From Verrucomicrobiia bacterium (GTDB taxonomy: Bacteria > Verrucomicrobiota > Verrucomicrobiia > JABWAM01), in assembly GCA_028687435.1 (NCBI GenBank), contig JAQUAF010000056.1, positions 1 to 38,043 on the forward strand: 38,043 bases of DNA, read 5' to 3'. Made by a program: the position numbers and the translations under genes. The notes below the pieces were generated by a model, which ran no database searches, had not been told where the DNA came from, and was given only the letters and a program-made list of their open reading frames with translations. Positions 34,276 to 38,043 of this stretch are shown here, one piece after another (the first letter of the stretch is position 1; every line of letters begins with the position of its first letter).

Positions 34276-34618
34276 AACTGAAATCAAAAAAATTGCCTCT
34301 CGCTATATCAAGGTTGTTGAATGGAGCGAGGAAGATCAATGCTTTGTCGGCAAATGCCCTGAGTTGTTTTTTGGCGGCGTTCATGGAGATGATGAAGCGA
34401 AGGTTTACCGCCAGCTTTGCGAAGCTGTGGAGGACGCCATTGAATCCAAGTTGAAACATGAGGACAAGTTGCCTGATCCAGCATTGAAGAAAAACTTCAG
34501 CGGCAAATTTATTTTGCGCATGCCATCGGATTTGCACAAGGCTTTGGCCATGCGAGCCATCAAGGAAGGCATCAGTCTCAACGAGCTTTGCGTTAAGCGT
34601 CTGAAGCCTGCGGCTTGA
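34265..34618 (+). CDS. hicB: HicB-family antitoxin with C-terminal ribbon-helix-helix DNA-binding domain
   Basis: KVVEWSEEDQCFVGKCPELFFGGVHGDDEAKVYRQLCEAVEDAIE (HicB N-domain) plus SGKFILRMPSDLHKALAMRAIKEGISLNELCVKRL (RHH). 11-nt overlap with hicA. Confidence 0.7.
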   Translation: MKNKTEIKKIASRYIKVVEWSEEDQCFVGKCPELFFGGVHGDDEAKVYRQLCEAVEDAIESKLKHEDKLPDPALKKNFSGKFILRMPSDLHKALAMRAIKEGISLNELCVKRLKPAA

Positions 34619-34734
34619 AAACCTTCACCCTCTGGCAGCCTCACAATCCCCTCCCGCCTGACCTTCTCCGCAAGCCTCAACATCTCCGGCGCATCACCAC
34701 CAATCCCGGCGGCGCGGATTTCATCTGAAAAACA

Positions 34735-34765
34735 AAAACCACCGGCTGCCTTTCGGCAACCGGGG
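34735..34765. repeat. Copy 2 of the 31-nt imperfect direct repeat (AAAACCACCGGCTGCCTTTCGGCAACCGGGG)
   Basis: Two mismatches versus 32745-32775. The two copies are 1,990 bp apart and bracket the integrase core-binding fragment plus both hic modules. Confidence 0.55.
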
Positions 34766-35028
34766 GCTTTGTGTTGGGGGATGGGATCAATAAGCTGGCC
34801 CGAGTTTCTCAGATTTCGGCATTTTTCAATTATTTTGCGACTCACTTCAGGTTCAAAACTTGAGAAAAGCCGTATATTTTGGCGTGTGTGGAGACCTGCT
34901 CCATAGATTTTATTTCCAAGTTGTGTCATGGTCTGACACTGCAATTTATCTTTGCGGCAACAAGCGGTGCAGGAGCCCCGCCCTCCCTTTATTTTGATAG
35001 CCGGACGGCGGGCTTTCCTTGGCGTCAG

Positions 35029-36573
35029 TTATTGCTGCTTCTGATAATTTGGCGCTTCCCGTGTAATAACGATGTCATGCGGATGCGATTCTGCCTTGCC
35101 TGCTTCCGTAATCCTCACAAACTGCGCGATTGTCCGCAAATCTTCGATGGTCCCTGCGCCAACATACCCCATCCCGCGTTTTAAGCCGCCGATATATTGA
35201 TGGATAACCTCTTTAAGCGGCCCTTTGTACGGCACCATCCCTTCCATGCCTTCAGGAACCAGATCATCCTTCCCCTGATTGTACCGTTCGCGAGAGCCTT
35301 TATTGCTTTCCATTGCGCCCAGCGATCCCATGCCGCGGTAAACTTTATACTGCACTCCCTGATGGAAACGGAACTCGCCTGGGCTTTCCTTCGTGCCGGC
35401 GAGCATGTTGCCCATCATCACCGAATGCGCTCCGGCGCCAATGGCAATGGGAATGTCGCCCGAAAACTTCAAGCCGCCGTCTGCACAAACAGGAACCCCG
35501 AATTTCGAAGCCACCTTGGAGCATTCATAGATGGCGCTGACCTGCGGCTTGCCAATTCCGGCAATGATACGCGTCGTGCAAATGGAACCCGGCCCCTGTC
35601 CGATCTTCAGGCCGTCGGCACCCGCCCGGCACAACCGTTCCGCAGATTCAGGCTCCGAGATATTCCCGGCCAAAACATCAACGTCGTAATGTTTTTTAAT
35701 AATCTTGAGCGTCTCAATGACACCCTTGGAATCACCGTGCGCCGTATCAATGATCACCAGATCGATTTTTTCACGGACGAGTTTCTCAACACGCTCAAAA
35801 GCATCATCATATACTCCAATCGCGGCAGCCACTCGTAAACGCCCGTTTTTATCGACATTAAAGGACTTCGAATCTCCGGACAAAATTCGTTTGACATCGC
35901 TGAAGGTATACAAACCCGCGACTTTCCCGGCATTATTTACCAGAGGGATCGCTTTTTTCTTGTTTTCCTTCATGACCCGGTAGGCTTCACGCAAACCAAT
36001 CCCCGGACTGGCGGTAATGACACGTTTAGTCATGACCTGTTTGGCTCTCAAGGAGAAGTCTTCACAGAAGTCAAAATCGTTTTTGGTAAGGATGCCGGTC
36101 AGACGATGATCTTTATCTATAATCAGAAAGGAATGAAACCCGAAGTCCTTCTCCTGTCTGCTGGCAAGGATTTCCCCGATGGAGGTGTTCTCATCAAAAC
36201 AGATTGGCTTCTCGATGAGACCATTGAGATGGTACTTCACTTTGGCAACCTGGGCCGCCTGTTCCTGGGAGCTGAAATTCTTGTGAATAACACCAATGCC
36301 GCCAAGCTTGGCGATCTCGATCGCCATTTGAGCTTCGGTTACAGTATCCATGGCCGCACTGACAATAGGAATCTTCAAACCGACATTTTTTGAAAATTTT
36401 GACTCTATATTGATATTGTCCGGTAATATTGAGGCGTATCCCGTTGTCAAGCGCACATCATCATAGGTAAGAGCAATGCCCTGATTGCCAATCTTGCTGA
36501 AAAAACCATCGCGTTTCGCAACAAGTCTTCGTTTATCCCGGGATTTCCCGGATGGGGATTCATTTTGGGTCAT
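35029..36573 (-). CDS. guaB: Inosine-5'-monophosphate dehydrogenase (with CBS pair)
   Basis: 514 aa. Catalytic loop [20 protein letters not shown]. Tandem CBS domains. C-terminal flap and [12 protein letters not shown] motifs. Confidence 0.9.
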   Translation of the reverse strand: MTQNESPSGKSRDKRRLVAKRDGFFSKIGNQGIALTYDDVRLTTGYASILPDNINIESKFSKNVGLKIPIVSAAMDTVTEAQMAIEIAKLGGIGVIHKNFSSQEQAAQVAKVKYHLNGLIEKPICFDENTSIGEILASRQEKDFGFHSFLIIDKDHRLTGILTKNDFDFCEDFSLRAKQVMTKRVITASPGIGLREAYRVMKENKKKAIPLVNNAGKVAGLYTFSDVKRILSGDSKSFNVDKNGRLRVAAAIGVYDDAFERVEKLVREKIDLVIIDTAHGDSKGVIETLKIIKKHYDVDVLAGNISEPESAERLCRAGADGLKIGQGPGSICTTRIIAGIGKPQVSAIYECSKVASKFGVPVCADGGLKFSGDIPIAIGAGAHSVMMGNMLAGTKESPGEFRFHQGVQYKVYRGMGSLGAMESNKGSRERYNQGKDDLVPEGMEGMVPYKGPLKEVIHQYIGGLKRGMGYVGAGTIEDLRTIAQFVRITEAGKAESHPHDIVITREAPNYQKQQ

Positions 36574-36851
36574 AGGTGGGTTCCTTTCTGTTGTGGTGCC
36601 CTCCGGAGCATGAACATTTTTTTATGGGAAATTGGTTTGCATTCCAGTTGCTTGGCGAGGCGCCCCGGATCAGGCCGTGGCGGCGCAGCCACAACTGAAC
36701 AGCAGTGCGCTGCGGGCAACTGCAGTACAGGTGGACCGGGGGGGCCTCTTCATTGCGGGGGATGGTCTCCCGACATTCGTTAAAAATCGAGTCAAAAATG
36801 GTCTGGCGTTCCCGGCGGCTGGAAAAGGGGGCGCCGAATTTGCGCGGCTCC

Positions 36852-37859
36852 TTAAATCATCTCCAGCAATTGCCGCATTCGGCGGGGGTAAGAATGTTCC
36901 GCGAGGGTGCGCTGGCGGGCTGATTCGGCGATCTGGCGGCGGGCGGCATCGTCGCGCAGGAATTCAATGAGTTTCAGTTCCAATTCGGCGCCGGTGTGGT
37001 AGGTGATGATCTCCTTGGTTTCCTGGTAGTGTTGGGCCAGATCCTCCTTCCAGTCGCACAACTGGAATGCGCCGCAGGCGGGGGTTTCAAAGGTGCGGGG
37101 ATTGAGGCCGCATTCGTAATAGCCGAACCAGGAATGGAGATTGATGGCCGCCTTGGCGGAGCTGAGGGCGCGGGCCATGTCATCCGCCGTGAAAAAACCG
37201 TCGGTGATGGAACTCCACAGCCGGTCGCGGGGCGTCAGGTGTTTGCGCCACGGTCCCCAGATGCGGAGTTTGACCTTGCGGGAGAGCATGGAAAGGATTC
37301 CCTGGCGGACAGGGCCCCAATCGCCGATGAAACAGACCTCGCTTTCCCATTGCCGGCGTTCCGCAGCCGAAAGTTCGATGGGGCGGTGGACGGGCAGGAA
37401 GGCGGCGTGTGGAAGATATCCGGCGCGGGAGACGCCTTGATGGACATAACGGCGGGCGGAGGAAGCGCAGTTGGAAAGAAAAAGGTCGTAAGCCGGCGCC
37501 AGGGCCAGTCCGCGATCGAATTGAAACGGGTCGTTGAGCCACCAGCATACGGCGCGGGCGCCTGATTTGCGGATGGCGGCAAGGGTTTCCGGAAAAATAT
37601 CGAAGCCAAAGATGGCGAGGAACAGTTCGGGCTTGAATTCATCGGCGGTTTCGAGCAGCCGCCGGTTCAGGCGGGTTTTTTCAAAACGATTTTGACCGCG
37701 CAGTTTGGCGACGGGGCGGAGGAAGAATTTTTCGGACAGGGTGAGGGATCCGCAATCGAAGAGCCGGACGTCGTGCCCCATTTCCCGAAAGGTTTCGGCG
37801 CAATAACGGCCCATGGGGGCGGTTCGCAGATGTCCGGGGGTGGCGACGAGGATGCGCAT
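36852..37859 (-). CDS. CgeB-like / DUF3880-type glycosyltransferase
   Basis: 335 aa. C-terminal glycosyltransferase-like region (FETPACGAFQLCDWKEDL...) resembling the CgeB spore-maturation glycosyltransferase family. Assignment by motif memory only. Confidence 0.5.
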   Translation of the reverse strand: MRILVATPGHLRTAPMGRYCAETFREMGHDVRLFDCGSLTLSEKFFLRPVAKLRGQNRFEKTRLNRRLLETADEFKPELFLAIFGFDIFPETLAAIRKSGARAVCWWLNDPFQFDRGLALAPAYDLFLSNCASSARRYVHQGVSRAGYLPHAAFLPVHRPIELSAAERRQWESEVCFIGDWGPVRQGILSMLSRKVKLRIWGPWRKHLTPRDRLWSSITDGFFTADDMARALSSAKAAINLHSWFGYYECGLNPRTFETPACGAFQLCDWKEDLAQHYQETKEIITYHTGAELELKLIEFLRDDAARRQIAESARQRTLAEHSYPRRMRQLLEMI

Positions 37860-38043
37860 AGGGATGGTGTTTAGGCTGTTAGACTGCAGGCTTTTAGGAA
37901 ATTCAAGGTTTACGATGACCTCCCCAACCCCTCCTTGTCAAGCTGAGGATTGCCCGCAGATTATTCTGGACACCATTTTTCTGTTCACGTAATCTGGCCG
38001 CATGCATTCCATTAACGGACGAATATTTTCCGAGGAGATTCTT

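Noticed and set aside
34405-34944. 179-aa minus-strand ORF overlapping hicB and the second 31-nt repeat
   Set aside because: It is antisense to a well-supported HicB gene and runs through a non-coding repeat. No recognisable features.
1-38043. CRISPR array / rRNA / intact mobile element search
   Set aside because: No regularly spaced identical repeats of 24-40 nt with unique spacers were found. No rRNA-like conserved stretches. No intact transposase or integrase, only the fragments described.

Overview
High-GC (~60%), gene-dense bacterial chromosomal window. From protein families and composition it looks Verrucomicrobiota/PVC-like, but that is inference only.

Gene order, left to right:
- A giant alpha-2-macroglobulin lipoprotein next to penicillin-binding protein 1C, the classic A2M-PbpC periplasmic defence pair.
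- tRNA-Glu(CUC), then a vapBC toxin-antitoxin module, then a secreted 5'-nucleotidase/metallophosphatase.
- A complete seven-gene hdrCBA-mvhDGA cluster with a hydrogenase maturation protease. This is an H2:heterodisulfide-reductase-type, putatively electron-bifurcating complex, in what is clearly not a methanogen.
- A convergent block: SPFH/prohibitin, HAD hydrolase, and a cNMP-binding sensor histidine kinase.
- PriA, preceded by two uncharacterised genes, one with a degenerate class II aldolase fold.
- An RRM-type RNA-binding protein downstream of an AT-rich leader.
- A four-gene RDD / DUF95 (SpoIIM-like) / DUF58 / MoxR AAA+ operon.
- FolE2 GTP cyclohydrolase IB and a divergent Nudix hydrolase.
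- tRNA-Ser(CGA), followed by a decayed integrative island. The island carries two tyrosine-integrase fragments, a higBA module inserted between them, a candidate higBA operator, two hic toxin-antitoxin modules in opposite gene orders, and a 31-nt imperfect direct repeat flanking the hic cassette.
- IMP dehydrogenase and a CgeB-like glycosyltransferase.

No CRISPR array or rRNA was seen.

The most unusual non-coding structure is the hdrA-mvhD spacer. It is built from short tandem repeats and ends in a perfect 16-nt palindrome centred on an ATG. A perfect 14-nt direct repeat also sits in the hdr promoter region.
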